64,000 nt of DNA from Macrostomum lignano. Taxonomy: Eukaryota. The notes beneath the pieces were generated by a model. That model saw only the letters and a program-made list of their open reading frames with translations, was not told the DNA's origin and did not search any database. Below, in pieces: positions 1 through 12,689 of the stretch (the first letter of the stretch is position 1; each line of letters starts with the position of its first letter). Made by a program: the position numbers and the translations under genes. The stretch is from contig NIVC01001057.1 in assembly GCA_002269645.1 (NCBI GenBank), positions 190,594 to 254,593 on the forward strand. Direction: 5' to 3'.

Positions 1-608
1 GTGAATGAGGAACTGGCACTGTGAGCAGAGCAGTGGATTGCTAGTCTGGTCTCCGTGAATGAGGGACTGGCACTGTGAGCAGAGCAGTGGATTGCTAGTC
101 TGGTCTCCGTGAATGAGGAACTGGCACTGTGAGCAGAGCAGTGGATTGCTAGTCTGGTCTCCGTGAATGAGGAACTGGCTGCCTGTGAGCAGAGCAGTGG
201 ATTGCTAGTCTGGTCTCCGTGAATGAGGGACTGGCTGCCAGTGAGCAGAGCAGTGGATTGCTAGTCTGGTCTCCGTGAATGAGGAACTGGCACTGTGAGC
301 AGAGCAGTGGATTGCTAGTCTGGTCTCCGTGAATGAGGAACTGGCTGCCAGTGAGCAGAGCAGTGGATTGCTAGTCTGGCCTCCGTGAATGAGGAACTGG
401 CACTGTGAGCAGAGCAGTGGATTGCTAGTCTGGTCTCCGTGAATGAGAAACTGGCACTGAGCAGAGCAGTGGATTGCTAGTCTGGCCTCCGTGAATGAGG
501 AACTGGCACTGTGAGCAGAGCAGTGGATTGCTAGTCTGGTCTCCGTAAATGAGGAACTGGCACTGTGAGCAGAGCAGTGGATTGCTAGTCTGGTCTCCGT
601 GAATGAGG
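1..608. repeat. 54-bp tandem minisatellite
   Basis: Unit GTGAATGAGGAACTGGCACTGTGAGCAGAGCAGTGGATTGCTAGTCTGGTCTCC recurs at 1, 55 and onward, with some 57-bp variants. Confidence 0.97.
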
Positions 609-872
609 AAAAATTCCAAGAAACGTAGTTTCCCGACCTTCTGCCTGAGCAGTCCTTGGGTTAAATTTAAAACCAAAGCGCTTCAAAGCCGCATTGAAAC
701 TGACAGAGCGGCCCCAGCCAGCACGGGCTGCGAGGCCGCTGCCGCATGGCTCACCAAAAAACTGATCAATAACATGCTTGGCATCTCCGGCCTCACAGAT
801 CCCCATAAACAAGCTCAGAAATTTCTGCTTCTGAAACTGGGATCGAACAACGATTGACGAGTCAAATCCCCG

Positions 873-1425
873 AGATAAGGAAGAGCAGCTCGGGCTGAGG
901 GGGTGGCCGAGAAAATCGAACCCCGATCCGCTTATCTCCCAAAACAGGCGCGCCTAATCCCCATTTTTGCGCTGCCGCAGTCCCGCTCCCAGCCTCTCCC
1001 CCCCCCCCCAGTTCCTCGAACCGTCTCACACTTTCTCACTTTTCCCATTTCTCCTCTTCCCCAGCCCGCTGTCCGGGTTGGCCGGGAATTCGGGATTTCT
1101 CCCCCGGCCAGCCAATCGGCCGGCCCCCCGCCGCGCCCCCCCCCCGCTGACGGGAGATCAGTTAAGGCCGCTTATCGCCGGCGCGGAATAAAACCAGCGG
1201 TGCGTTGCGGCAGCCGATTTCGCTCCCAGACTCGCCCGGCAGCCCCAGTCGATAAGCGGCAGATAAGCATTTATCAGGCAGCGGCCGCAGCCAGATAGCC
1301 ACCGCCCAGCAGCAGCAGACAGAAGCCGCCTGCAGACGCCTACACTGTGTATAAATACAACAAGCCGCCACCTCCCCCGCGAACTGCAGCACTGCCTACG
1401 GCACTCGCTAAACTTTTTTGTAAGT
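873..1425 (+). promoter_or_regulatory. Putative GATA1/2/3 promoter with clustered GATA sites and short non-coding first exon
   Basis: CCAAT 1112-1116, C-rich GC boxes ~1125-1146, TATAAATA 1350-1357 and donor-like GTAAGT at 1420. GATA sites at 873, 932, 1172, 1250, 1261, 1271 and 1293. Confidence 0.65.
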
Positions 1426-1649
1426 TAATAATAACAATAGAATAATAGGCTTTGTTTAACTGAACATCCATCTGCGTTAGGCAGAGAATCTTCCCAGGTT
1501 TCTTTGCAAAAGCAGATTTTCCTGAGCATCTGCGGCTGGCTGAAGCTCGCCATGGCGACTTGCTTGGTAATTTACGATTTGAAATGACCGACTTGGTCTT
1601 TCGGCTGCACTTCTGTTTCGTTTTCAGGAGTTACAAGAGCCCCTATTCC

Positions 1650-2085
1650 CTCTGCTGATACACCAATTCCCTCTGCTGGCACCCCAATTCCCTCTGCTGG
1701 CACCCCAATCCTCTCTGCTGGCACCCTAATCCTCTCTGCTGGCACCCTAATCCTCTCTGCTGGCACCCTAATCCTCTCTGCTGACAACCCCAATTCCCTC
1801 TGCTGGCACCCCAATTCCCTCTGCTGGCACCCCAATTCCCTCTGCTGGCACCCCAATTCCCTCTGCTGGCACCCCAATCCCCTCTGCTGACACCACAATC
1901 CCCTCTGCTGGCACCCCAATCCCCTCTGCTGGCACCCCAATCCCCTCTGCTGGCACCCCAATCCCCTCTGCTGGCACCCCAATCCCCTCTGCTGGCACCC
2001 CAATCCCCTCTGCTGACACCACAATCCCCTCTGCTGACACCACAATCCCCTCTGCTGGCACCCCAATCCCCTCTGCTGGCACCCC
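1650..2085. repeat. 21-bp tandem minisatellite (GATA 5' intronic region)
   Basis: Unit CCCCAATCCCCTCTGCTGGCA; gives 7-aa periodic ORFs. Confidence 0.95.
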
Positions 2086-2764
2086 ATGCCTTCGTCCCAA
2101 ACCACTACGAGCGGATGTGAAGTTCAAGCACAGAATCTCATTTAAAAATAAATTCCCCATTTCTAACACCTCCCTTCCTATAGCTCAGGTCCCAGGACTC
2201 GCAGGACTCAGCATAGAAACGGTCCACATAGCAACAGACCAGGGGGCTTCCACTTGTGTGTTCGTTCCGTGAAAATTCGTTCCGTGGGAATTTCGTTCAC
2301 GGAAGCTCTTTATGACTGCGATTATGCTAATGAGCCGTGAGCCCAGCTGCAGCAGCGCGGGGATGCGGCAGCTTCGGGTTGCCGGGCCCGGCCAAGTCAA
2401 GCGCGAAGTCCCCTCTTCTCCCTTCGTCTCCCAGCTTTCTGCTCAAAATATTTTACTGCTTCCATGCAGAAGCCGGCGAGACTTGGGAATTTTATTGGGC
2501 CGAGGGACCGGCAGGGGGAGGCGATGGGATAAAAATCCCCACTTTCATTTTATACGAAGGGGTGGAGAAATTTATGCCCGGCAATGAGCAGAGAATTAGT
2601 CAGGTGAAAGAAAGCATTTTATGAGAGGATGAGGGGTAAGCATGGGGACTCGGTCAGGGACGCCTCAGACTAGAGCTCTGGACTGGAAACTGAGCTGTGA
2701 CTTTCATCAACTTTAGGCCTGTGGTGAATTTTGCTCACTTACAGCATATTGTGCCTGTAGAGAG

Positions 2765-3022
2765 CTGTGAACACCTGTCCAGAGCAGGGGAACACCTGTC
2801 CAGAGCAGGGGAATACCTGTCCAGAGCAGGGGAACACCTGTCCAGAGCAGGGGAATACCTGTCCAGAGCAGGGGAACACCTGTCCAGAGCAGGGGAATAC
2901 CTGTCCAGAGCAGAGGAACACCTGTCCAGAGCAGAGAAACACCTGTCCAGAGCAGAGAAACACCTGTCCAGAGCAGGGGAATACCTGTCCAGAGCAGAGA
3001 AACACCTGTCCAGAGCAGGGGA
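2765..3022. repeat. 21-bp tandem minisatellite
   Basis: Unit CACCTGTCCAGAGCAGGGGAA, ~12 copies. Confidence 0.95.
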
Positions 3023-3780
3023 AGCTGGCAAGGCTGACTAAACTTCAGCTTTTTGGCTTGAGGCGTCCCTAGTTCCATTTTTTGAGTGTCCCACAGCCTT
3101 CTGTGCCAGCAGTTCAAGCACTTGCCTTAATTGCTCAAAGCATGGAGCAACACGGTATTACATGTACCAAAGTTGATACAAGTTCATGTGGGATTTCAGA
3201 GCAGCTGGTGCAGTCAAACGGAGCTCCAGATATTCTGTTTAGAGCTCCCTGACTCTGGAGGACAAATTCTGCAACAGATGGGATCAGGGAGCGCCGACTC
3301 TGCTGTGTCTCAGGGCGGGATTTTATGCGTCCATAGAGTGGGATTAAACTGACAACCGGCCGCTTTTATCCCCTCCCGATTCCCCACAAATATTAAATCC
3401 CCATCTATTCAATTCCAACCCGTGTCAGGTTGAAAATCTGCTTTTGTAGGTGAATTTGTTGATTTTTCAGCAATGACACGCATCCGACGCGCCCCCATTG
3501 TGTTGGGAAAATTCTGGCTGTCTGGGCTGCTGCTCCCGTCACCTACACATGCTGATCTCAGCTCACCCCCTGCCACCGTCTCCTTTCTCTCCATCTCTCT
3601 CTTTCTCCCTCTCCCCTTCTATCTCCTTTGTGACTCGTTCGCGTATTGTATTTTTCTCCATCTCTACTCAATCTCCATCGCTCCCTCTCCATCTCTACTC
3701 GATCTCCATCTCTCCCTCTCCATCTCTACTCAATCTCCATCTCTCACACTCGCCCCCCTCCTGGCCTCCGTCCGTGCAGC

Positions 3781-6700
3781 ATGGAGATCCTCCAGGCGCA
3801 CTCCGGCAGGGACTGCGGCGCGGTGCAGCAGCCCCCCTACTCCTGGCACCACCGGACCGTCGGTGGAGACGTCGAAGATCCCTCTTCGGCTGCTGCAGCT
3901 ACAGCGGCCGCCACCGCTGCCGCCGCCGCAGCCGCAGCGGCAGCCGCAGCTGCCGCGGCCACGACAACGACAGCATCGTCTGCAGCTGCGGCAGCGACCG
4001 CAGAGTCGGACTGCTCCGGAGTCAGCCAGTCTGCTGGCCAGCGCCTGACTGACAGCGGCGACGAGTCTCCTGAGAAGTTCATCCAGCAGCAGCATCAGCA
4101 GCACCTGGCCGGCGGCGGCTGCGCAATGCCGCATCACCACCAGGAGTCCGGCCTGTTCGGCGGCGGCGCCTACATGTCCGGCCAGGGCCAGCCAATCAAA
4201 GCGGAGCTCGGGCTGGGCCAGGGTGAGTCTGGAGCTCCCGTCAGGATTCCCAATTGCAGATCCCAACTGGCCCGTTCCTCACTAGAAAATGGCCGCGACC
4301 GTAGCAACAAAGGAATAATAAACGAATCTCTCATTAAAATGTGTGCAACAAACTAAATAGAAAACCAGCCCTGAACCATTGTGTCTCACAGTACTCACAG
4401 TACTCACAGTACTCACAGTACTCACAGTACTCACAGTACTCACAGTACTCACAGTAGTCACAGTATTCACAGTACTCACAGTACTCACAGTATTCACAGT
4501 ACTCACAGTAGTCACAGTATTCACAGTATTCACAGTACTCACAGTAGTCATAGTCCCCACAGTACTCACAGCAGTACATTACCTTCTTCCATCGCGCAGA
4601 CGCCATTGGCTACCCGGTGGGCATCCAGACCTGCTGGTCGAACTTCCCTGACCCGGCGGCGCAGCAGCACCAGCTGCAGCAGTACCAGCAACACCAGCTA
4701 CAGCACCAGCTGCAGCACCAGCACCACCAGCAGCACCTGCAGCACAGCAGCAGCGGCGGCAGCGGCGGCAGCGGCGGCAGCAATGGCTTTGGTTTCGCTT
4801 TCGGTCACCAGCCAAACTCAGAGGCCGGCTTCCCGGGCTCGTATCCCGCCAGCTTCAGCTCCCCCTACCAGCCCTACTTCCCGGCAGCCGCAGCGGCCGC
4901 CGAATACGCCAGGAACCCGCTGGGGATTCACCCGTCACTGTTCCGCATGAACCCGCAGCACCAGCACCACCAGCACCACCAGCACTATCCAGGACACCTG
5001 GTTGGACGCCTGCACCAGTTTAAGGCTCGGGCCAGGAACGCCTCGGGTGAGAATTTCGTAGCTTGATCTCATGGTGTGATCTCAATGGTGTGATCTCATA
5101 GTGTGATCTCTTATTGTGATCTCATAGTGTGATCTCATAGTGTGATCTCATAGTGTGATCTCATAGTGTGATCTCATAGTGTGATCTCATAGTGTGATCT
5201 CATAGTGTGATCTCATTGTGTGATCTCATAGTGTGATCTCATTGTGTGATCTCATAGTGTGATCTTTCAGAGTGATCTCATAGTGTGATCTCATAGTGTG
5301 ATCTCATAGTATGATCTCATAGTGTGATCTCATAGTGTGATCTCATAATGTGATCTCATAGTGTGATCTTATAGTGTGATCTCATAGTGTGATCTCATAG
5401 TGTGATCTCATAATGTGATCTCATAGTGTGATCTCATATTGTGATCGCATCTTAGAGCGCAATCTCTTCCAATTGAATCCCATAGAGTGATCCCATGGAC
5501 CAGCGATCCTATTGCATAATATTACAGTATGTGTCCCCGTGCCATCATCCTTCAGCACTCACTGCCGCACAACCCCACAGAGAGTCGCGAGTGCGTGAAC
5601 TGCGGTGCCACGGCCACCCCACTGTGGCGCCGGGACGGAGGTGGCCACTACCTGTGCAACGCATGCGGCCTGTACCATAAGATGAACGGGCAGAGCCGGC
5701 CGCTCATCAAGCCAAAACGGCGCATGGTGAGCAGGGGCTCGAATCTTTTCGATCACTCCCGATCCGTCACTCACAATCCGTCACTCACAATCCGTCACTC
5801 ACAATCCGTCACTCACAATCCGTCACTCACAATCCGTCACTCACAATCCGTCACTCACAATCCGTCACTCACAATCCGTCACTCACAATCCGTCACTCAC
5901 AATCCGTCACTCACAATCCGTCACTCACAATCCGTCACTCACAGTCCGTCACTCACAATCCGTCACTCACAATCCGTCACTCACAGTCCGTCACTCACAG
6001 TCCGTCACTCACAATCCGTCACTCACAGTCCGTCACTCACAGTCCGTCACTCACAGTCCGTCACTCACAATCCGTCACTCACAGTCGGTCACTCACAATC
6101 CATCACTCTTAGTCCGTCACTCACAGTCCGTCACTCACAATCCGTCACTCACAGTCCATCACTCACAATCCGTCACTCACAGTCCGTCACTCACAGTCCG
6201 TCACTCACAATCCGTCACTCACAGTCCGTCACTCACAATCCGTCACTCACAGTCCGTCACTCACAGTCCGTCACTCACAGTCCGTCACTCACAGTCCGTC
6301 ACTCACAATCCGTCACTCACAGTCTGTCACTCACAGTCCGTCACTCACAATCCGTCACTCACAGTCCGTCACTCCTACCCACACGCAGTCGGCGCAGCGC
6401 CGCGCCGGCACGACCTGCTCGAACTGCGCCACCACGCAGACGACTTTGTGGCGCCGCAACCACAAGGGCGAGTCGGTGTGCAACGCCTGCGGCCTGTACT
6501 TCAAGCTGCACCAGGTGGACCGGCCCATCAGCATGAAGAAGGACTCAATCCAGTCGCGCAACCGCAAGAGCTCCATCAAGAGCAAGAAGAAGAAGGAGCT
6601 GGACGCGATGAGCGACCTGATGCGCAGCGCCATGCACAGCTTCCAGTTCCCGGCGGCGAACTACTTCGGTGGAGGCGCCGGCAGTGGCGCTAGCGCCGGC

Positions 6701-6955
6701 ACCGTCAGCGGCTTGGAGAGCGCCGCTCCGGGAAGCCACTTTAGTCACGTGACTTCGGGGCTGCCTGCGCTGCCACCGCCGCCGCCACCGCAGCACCAGC
6801 AGCAGCAGCCGCCGCCTCCACCTCCGCCACCACCGCCCCCGCAGCAGCCGCAGCAACAGCCGCCGCCGCCGCCGCCGCCGCGGTACCCGGCATCCACAGC
6901 AGGGATTCTGGGAGGCGCCTTCGTCAGCGGCGACCTCCTTTCGGGCCTGCTGTGA
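3781..6955 (+). CDS. gata1/2/3: GATA1/2/3-class zinc-finger transcription factor, copy 1 (4 coding exons, 533 aa)
   Basis: Exons 3781-4222, 4600-5046, 5581-5726 and 6389-6955 have GT-AG ends, matching phases (1,1,0) and total 1602 nt. N-finger [45 protein letters not shown]; C-finger [57 protein letters not shown] and RNRK are GATA1/2/3-type rather than GATA4/5/6-type. Confidence 0.93.
4387..4572. repeat. 9-bp tandem repeat in GATA intron
   Basis: Unit CAGTACTCA. Confidence 0.95.
5070..5445. repeat. 13-bp tandem repeat in GATA intron
   Basis: Unit TCATAGTGTGATC. Confidence 0.95.
5762..6372. repeat. 14-bp tandem repeat in the intron between the two GATA fingers
   Basis: Unit TCACTCACAATCCG / TCACTCACAGTCCG. 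Confidence 0.96.
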
Positions 6956-7354
6956 AGCCCGACTGATAATTGTGCAAATATTTACTACTTGAACTGACTA
7001 CTGCAAGTAGGGACGGTGGCGCAGTTGTGGATAACAAAAAAGCATAAAAATGGAGTCTTGATGTTCACACAGCATGCACACGTCAAGCGCACATTTAATT
7101 TTCTTTTTTTACGTTTACACTGCGTACTTTTGATGCTTTCTTGCAATGTGTACTGAGTTTTAATTTTACAGTATTTATTTACTTGTTATTTAATATGAGC
7201 AGTGTAAAACTTATACTTGAGTGTGAGTGTTGTTTGTGCGGGCTAATATATATGAAACAATTTGTGTATCTTTGGGAATTTTATTGCCAGCTCCTGGGAG
7301 TGCCGACTGACTGGGTTTATTTTAGTTGAAAATTTCACTCAACTGCTTTGTGTC

Positions 7355-8135
7355 AGAGAATGTGTTAGAGATATAATTCGTTAGACAAGGGATGTGTTAG
7401 GCAGATAATGTGTTAGACAGAGACTGTGTTAGGCAGATAATGTGTTAGACAGAGAATGTGTTATAGAGAGATACTATGTTAGACAAATCATGTGTTAGAC
7501 AGGAATGTGTTAGAGATATAATTCGTTAGACAAGGGATGTGTTAGGCAGATAATGTGTTAGACAGAGACTGTGTTAGGCAGATAATGTGTTAGACAGAGA
7601 CTGTGTTAGGCAGATAATGTGTTAGACAGAGAATGTGTTATAGAGAGATACTATGTTAGACAAATCATGTGTTAGACAGGGAATGTGTTAGAGATATAAT
7701 TCGTTAGACAAGGGATGTGTTAGGCAGATAATGTGTTAGACAGAGACTGTGTTAGGCAGATAATGTGTTAGACAGAGAATGTGTTATAGAGAGATACTGT
7801 GTTAGACAAATCATGTGTTAGACAGGGAATGTGTTAGAGAGATAATTCGTTAGACAGGGAATGTGTTAGACAGAGACTGTGTTAAGACAAATAATGTGTT
7901 AGACAGATAATGTGTTAGAGAGATACTGTGTTAGACAAATCATGTGTTAGACAGGGAATGTGTTAGAGAGATACTGTGTTAGACAAATCATGTGTTAGAC
8001 AGGGAATGTGTTAGAGAGATACTGTGTTAGACAAATCATGTGTTAGACAGGGAATGTGTTAGAGAGATAATGTGTTAGACAAATCATGTGTTGGACAGAG
8101 AATGTGCTAGACAGAGAATGTGCTAGACAGAGCAT
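7355..8135. repeat. Degenerate ~19-21-bp minisatellite between the GATA and Pax 3' ends
   Basis: Recurring ATGTGTTAGACAGAGA variants with higher-order blocks. Confidence 0.93.
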
Positions 8136-8658
8136 TCTCCGATACAAAGCTTAGAAAGAATTAGGAAAATACGCTTTTATTCTACTTTAAGTAGGCCAAT
8201 ACGGACAAATTTAGAAAGGAAAAATGACTACAGGAAAAATGCATCATTGGATTCAGTTGGCTTATCGCTGAACAGGCGGCCTCTTGCAGAAGAAGAATAC
8301 AGATATTCCAGCGTATATTTTGCAGACTTTGCTACACACTAAATGTATAGAGAGCTGCATATCTGAGAGAAACCCCAGTAGTATCTTAGCATTGCAGAGC
8401 GCGTTTTACAGCTGAGGAAACGAGAGTCCGGCGGTGAAAGTTCAACAAGTGGCTACAGGCAAGAACATCAACAGGCGACTAAAAGAAGTTTGAAAAACAA
8501 GAACAACAACAAAAAGTGACGACAAAAAAGCAGAAATTGACAGGCTGAGGAGGGCGGAGAGGCTGATTGCAAACACTGGGACTAGGTAGACAGAAAAGTG
8601 CGGAGTGGACAAGCAGCGGCAGAGGCAACATCGCGCAGTGGCAGTCAGGCAGGTTGGG

Positions 8659-9600
8659 TCAGCAGTGGCCTTCGTTTGCGACAGCGGCAGGTGCTGAGGG
8701 GTAATAGTACTGCGGGTCTGCGGGAGGATCGGGCTTGATTTAATTTCATTCGAATTTGCGATGCTTGCCTACTGATAGTAGGCTGTCGTGAAAGTGGCGT
8801 TTTGGGTGCTTTGTTAAATAAAATAATGAGATTTTAAAATGAATTAAAGCTCCCTATATCGATAACTTCTGAATTTTCTTAGAAACCCCCGGATGAATCT
8901 CCAACCTGAAGTTTCCGGAACCCCTGGATGAATCCCCAACCTGAAGTTTCCGGAACCTCTGGATGAATCCCCAAACTGAAGTTTCCGGAACCCGGATGAA
9001 TCCCCAACCTGAAGTTTCCGGAACCCGCGGATGAATCCCCAACCTGAAGTTTCCGGAACCCGGATGAATCTCCCGTATGAATCCCAGTTGAAACAATGTC
9101 CTAAAGCCCCGTGGGATCCCGACAAACCAACCCCTGAACCTGGCGAGGCCCCTCAGCACTCACTCATCCTGGTGTGCGCGCCGTAGGCGGACTGCAGAAA
9201 CCAGGAGGAGGCGGCGTGGCATCTTGGTGAGCGCCGTAGTGCTGGCTGGCGTAGTGCTGGCTGGCGTAGCCTTGATAGGCGCGGCTGCCGCGTACTCCGC
9301 AGCGTAGCTGGCGGTGGCTCCGTACTGGTGCGCTGCCGCAGTCCGTAATGCGCTCGGAACTCGTCCAGCTTCGGACTGTCCGACTCCAGATGCAGCGCCG
9401 GCTGCTGCGGCGGCTGAGGAGGCGGTGCTGTTGCTGATGCTGCGGCGGCGGCTGCTGAGGCGGCTGGTGAGGCTTGAAGCGACTGGCGGCTCGGTTGCCA
9501 AGTGGTTGCTATGGCCGTGATAGCCCCGGCGTGCCGGACGCCAGCGGAGGCCGGGTAGAACTGCGGCTCCTGCGGCGGATGCCGTAGGCCGCCGCCGCTG
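8659..9600 (-). pseudogene. Truncated inverted copy of the last two Pax2/5/8 exons (pseudo-copy or erroneous contig end)
   Basis: 9164-9600 is the reverse complement of 19070-19510 with 6 single-base deletions and 2 single-base insertions and no substitutions seen. 8659-8717 matches the terminal exon 19960-20018. The copy is cut by the N gap. Confidence 0.8.
8887..9070. repeat. ~31-33-bp tandem repeat in the last Pax intron (left copy)
   Basis: Unit GGATGAATCCCCAACCTGAAGTTTCCGGAACCC. Confidence 0.92.
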
Positions 9601-9628
9601 NNNNNNNNNNNNNNNNNNNNNNNNNNNN
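9601..9628. other. Assembly gap (28 N)
   Basis: Run of n characters at the inner end of the left arm. Confidence 1.
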
Positions 9629-9755
9629 AGCCCGGGGGCAAAGCGAGCGAGTTAAACCTGGGGGGGGGGGGCTGGCGGTCGGACAAAGTGTTGGGGCAAT
9701 TCAACAATTACTTTTAGTTTGACACCCTCTGGAGAACTGGGAGGGTTTTTAGAAT

Positions 9756-10560
9756 ATAAATACTCGTAGCTCAGGATGATGCCTCTGGACTATCCCGGCT
9801 CTACTGGAATCGGGTGGAGCTCAAGCTGGTGTTTCTAATTCTGAGGCTGCGAATGCACTACCAGTTTTATGGCTGTAATTTTCTGTGTTTGAAGTAATAT
9901 AGTCTGTAAACTGACTTGCTGAGGCTGCTAGGTTCAGGCTGTGACAAGTCTGTAAATTACTGTAACTGTGAGATTGGGACGGATCGATATTGGCTGTAGA
10001 AGTTTGTAAATTACTCGTAGCTCAGGATGCTCTTGACTCTCCCAGGCTCTACTGGAATCGGGTGGGGCACAAGTTGGCGTTTCTAATTCTGTGTCTGCGA
10101 ATGCACTACCAGTTTTTGGCTGTGAATTTCTGTGTTTGAAGTAATATAGTCTGTAAACTAACTTGCTGAGGCTGCTAGGTTCAGGCTGTGACAAGTCTGT
10201 AAAGTACTGTAACTGTGAGATTGGGACGGATCGATATGACTCTAGAAGTCTGTAAATTACTGTCACTATCAAGAATGACTGAGACATATCGATAGTGGCT
10301 GTAGAAGTCTGTAAATTACTGTCATATTGAGGCTGAGACATATCGATAGTGGCTGCAGAAGTCTGTAAATTACTGTCGCTATTGAGGTTGAGACATATCG
10401 ATAGTGGCTGTAGAAGTCTGTAAATTACTGTCAATATTGAGGCTGAGACATATCGATAGTGGCTGCAGAAGTCTGTAAATTACTGTCGCTATTGAGGTTG
10501 AGACATATCGATATGGCTGTAGAAGTCTGTAAATTACTGTCAATATTGAGGTTGAGCCTG
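9756..10560. repeat. ~240-bp direct duplication followed by a ~55-bp tandem array
   Basis: ~9756-9960 is repeated at ~10005-10215. Unit core GTCTGTAAATTACTGTC..GAGACATATCGATAGTGGCTG recurs at 10307, 10361, 10416, 10471 and 10525. Confidence 0.88.
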
Positions 10561-12225
10561 AAAATCTCTACCCGTTCACCAAAGCCAAACAATCAAAGGC
10601 CGCATGACTCGAGTTCGTCTCCCCCCCCAAGTCAAACAGGCCACCAGAATGCGGGCTGCCCAGGTGAGGGGGGCAAACAGAAGGTCGCAGAGACCTGCAC
10701 GGGAAGCCCCCAGCTGACTCGCCCCAGCGCAGTGATTTACTGCTCTCCGGGGTTGGGGCGAGGAAGTCCCGCCACTTTTTGCCCATCCTGTCAGCTCGAT
10801 CGGGCATCACGCGAATGCGCCATTGAGGCTGCGGGCTCGAGTCCCGCCTGCTCCCGGCTCTCCATTCCCCTGTTGCTCAACCAACTTCCCACCCGCACCC
10901 AGCCCACGGGGTGATGAATTGGCTGGCACAGCTGACCCAACTGTCCCAATGCCGCTTGATGAAGCTGCCTCCTCCTCTCTTGATGGAGCTCGGGAGTCGC
11001 AGCGAATTTGGGATTCTCTGTCAGCTCGATTTGGGGCATTATAATTACAGAGCCCTTCTCCCTGGGGATTCGAACTCAAGACTTTCTCTGCGAGCTTCCA
11101 GTTTTTAGGATATCTTCATCGGCGCGTGACCGCCCCAGCCTCTGGGAAAATCGGGGAAACCGGGGGGGCTTGGGAGAAATGTCAGAATCAATTCCTCCCA
11201 ACTGCAGGCTTTTGCATTCGAGCTATTGACTGGTTAGTGACTCGCCATGTAATTATTTGTGTCGTCTCATTGGAGGAGGAGAGGAGATCTCGCCCTCAGT
11301 GGCTACCGGGCTATTCGGAAGAGCCGCGGTTGCTGGGCAAACTATTCGAAACCGTTGCCCAGGCCGCACGTGCAGCTTTCGGCAGCCGCGGAATTGTTTT
11401 ACAAATTTGGTGTCGAAATTCGAATAAATCCAATCAATGGGTCCAGAGAGGAAGCAAAAAAGTGGCTGACTGAGGCCGGGTTGCTGGGGGCCCCGCGGTA
11501 GCCTCGGCTGAGTGGTGGGCGGTCTCGGCTTTCCAGCAAGCGCCCCACTTTCTCTTACACAGCCAGCAGTCCTCATTAGCATTGCTAATTGCGGCATGTC
11601 CCCTGTGCGAGATTTCCAAGCCCCGAGAACCGGCCGCGGAGCCTCGCACGCTGGCCGAAAAACGGCCGCCAACACAAATGCAAGCGAAGAGAAAGCAGAG
11701 TCTTTCAATCGCGCCCTCCATGCGGCCAGTGAGCACTGACTGCTTCTCAGCCCAGATGACGCGGCTCCCATTCAGCCTCCCATTTGGACCCCATCAATCA
11801 GAGCGGCATTATGGACTGCTCAGGGGGGAGAATGGGAGACAGCATGCAGAGGAGATGAGGCGAGGTGTCGCGGGGATCGGCCGAACAATTATCCCATGCG
11901 GCGGGAAGAATCCGCCGCGCGCCCTGCAGACCCCGCGGCCCGGCATTTTTAGGTCCGGGCGCAGAGGCTGGAAGGGAAGCAGAAAGTCCTCTGGGGATTC
12001 GGCGGGTCCGGGCGGTGCTGGATAAGCCAGCCGGGCCTGTCGCGCTCCGACGGCCTCGCAGATTTCTGCCGCCGCTGCTCAGTGAGCCGTTTAATGAACT
12101 GAGCTGGTGGGGGCGGCCTCAGAATCCCAGCGGCGGGGAGAAAGTGACTGCCCGGCCCCATCTGCTTGGGATGCGGTTGGACTTGAACTTTCCCTATTAG
12201 GATTTTATTTATATTTTCGAGGGAT

Positions 12226-12473
12226 TATAAATGTCGTTCGATCGGCCCTGGTGTCAGGTGGGCGCAGGCTTGGGCTGTCCAGGTGCTGAGTTGGGCGAAT
12301 TGTCCCAGACTGCCCCGCGGTTCCCCATGCAGCTGCGTGAAGCTGCGCCATGCTTTGACCTCCGGGATCGGAAAATTCGCGAGCCGAAAACCACTCAGAC
12401 CAGCAGCCCTGCCCAGCTTTGCAGCAAATTTGAAAGCTTTTTTGTTTCCTTTATTCACTTTCTATGGGTGAGG
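12226..12473 (+). promoter_or_regulatory. Candidate distal Pax promoter and non-coding exon
   Basis: TATAAAT 12226-12232 and donor-like GG|GTGAGG at 12468. An acceptor at 13659 lies just before ATG 13665, with a GA-rich array between. Confidence 0.3.
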
Positions 12474-12689
12474 CTCATCGGGATAATTTTCCCACTTCCT
12501 CGCGCTTCATCGTCACGCGATTTTCAACCGCCGGGATCTCCGGGATCAATACCGGGGGGGGGGGGGTTGGCAGGTCAGGCGATGGGATCGAACCAAAGTG
12601 GAGGTGGCAAATCTGAGCGAGGCTGGCAATGGGGAGAATTCTGTCAGTTTTTGGGGAGGCTTTCGTTTCCCCTATTTACCTCATCAGTA

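Larger units (their letters stand above)
1..9600. repeat. Left arm of a large inverted duplication (reverse complement of ~19070-28625)
   Basis: Mirror-image ORFs with identical translations (603..857+ vs 27895..28149-, 6446..6955+ vs 21750..22259-, 4617..5066+ vs 23542..23991-). The inner end, 9600, corresponds to 19070. The outer end lies in a tandem array that runs off the window edge. Confidence 0.97.

Noticed and set aside
4944-4960. RMNPQ occurs in both GATA exon 2 and the spliced Pax C-terminus
   Set aside because: Five residues in low-complexity proteins, and the Pax instance spans an intron; treated as coincidence.
3781-6955. Assignment to GATA4/5/6
   Set aside because: The finger-flanking residues (GATATP, KPKRR, RAGT, RNRK) match the GATA1/2/3 class.
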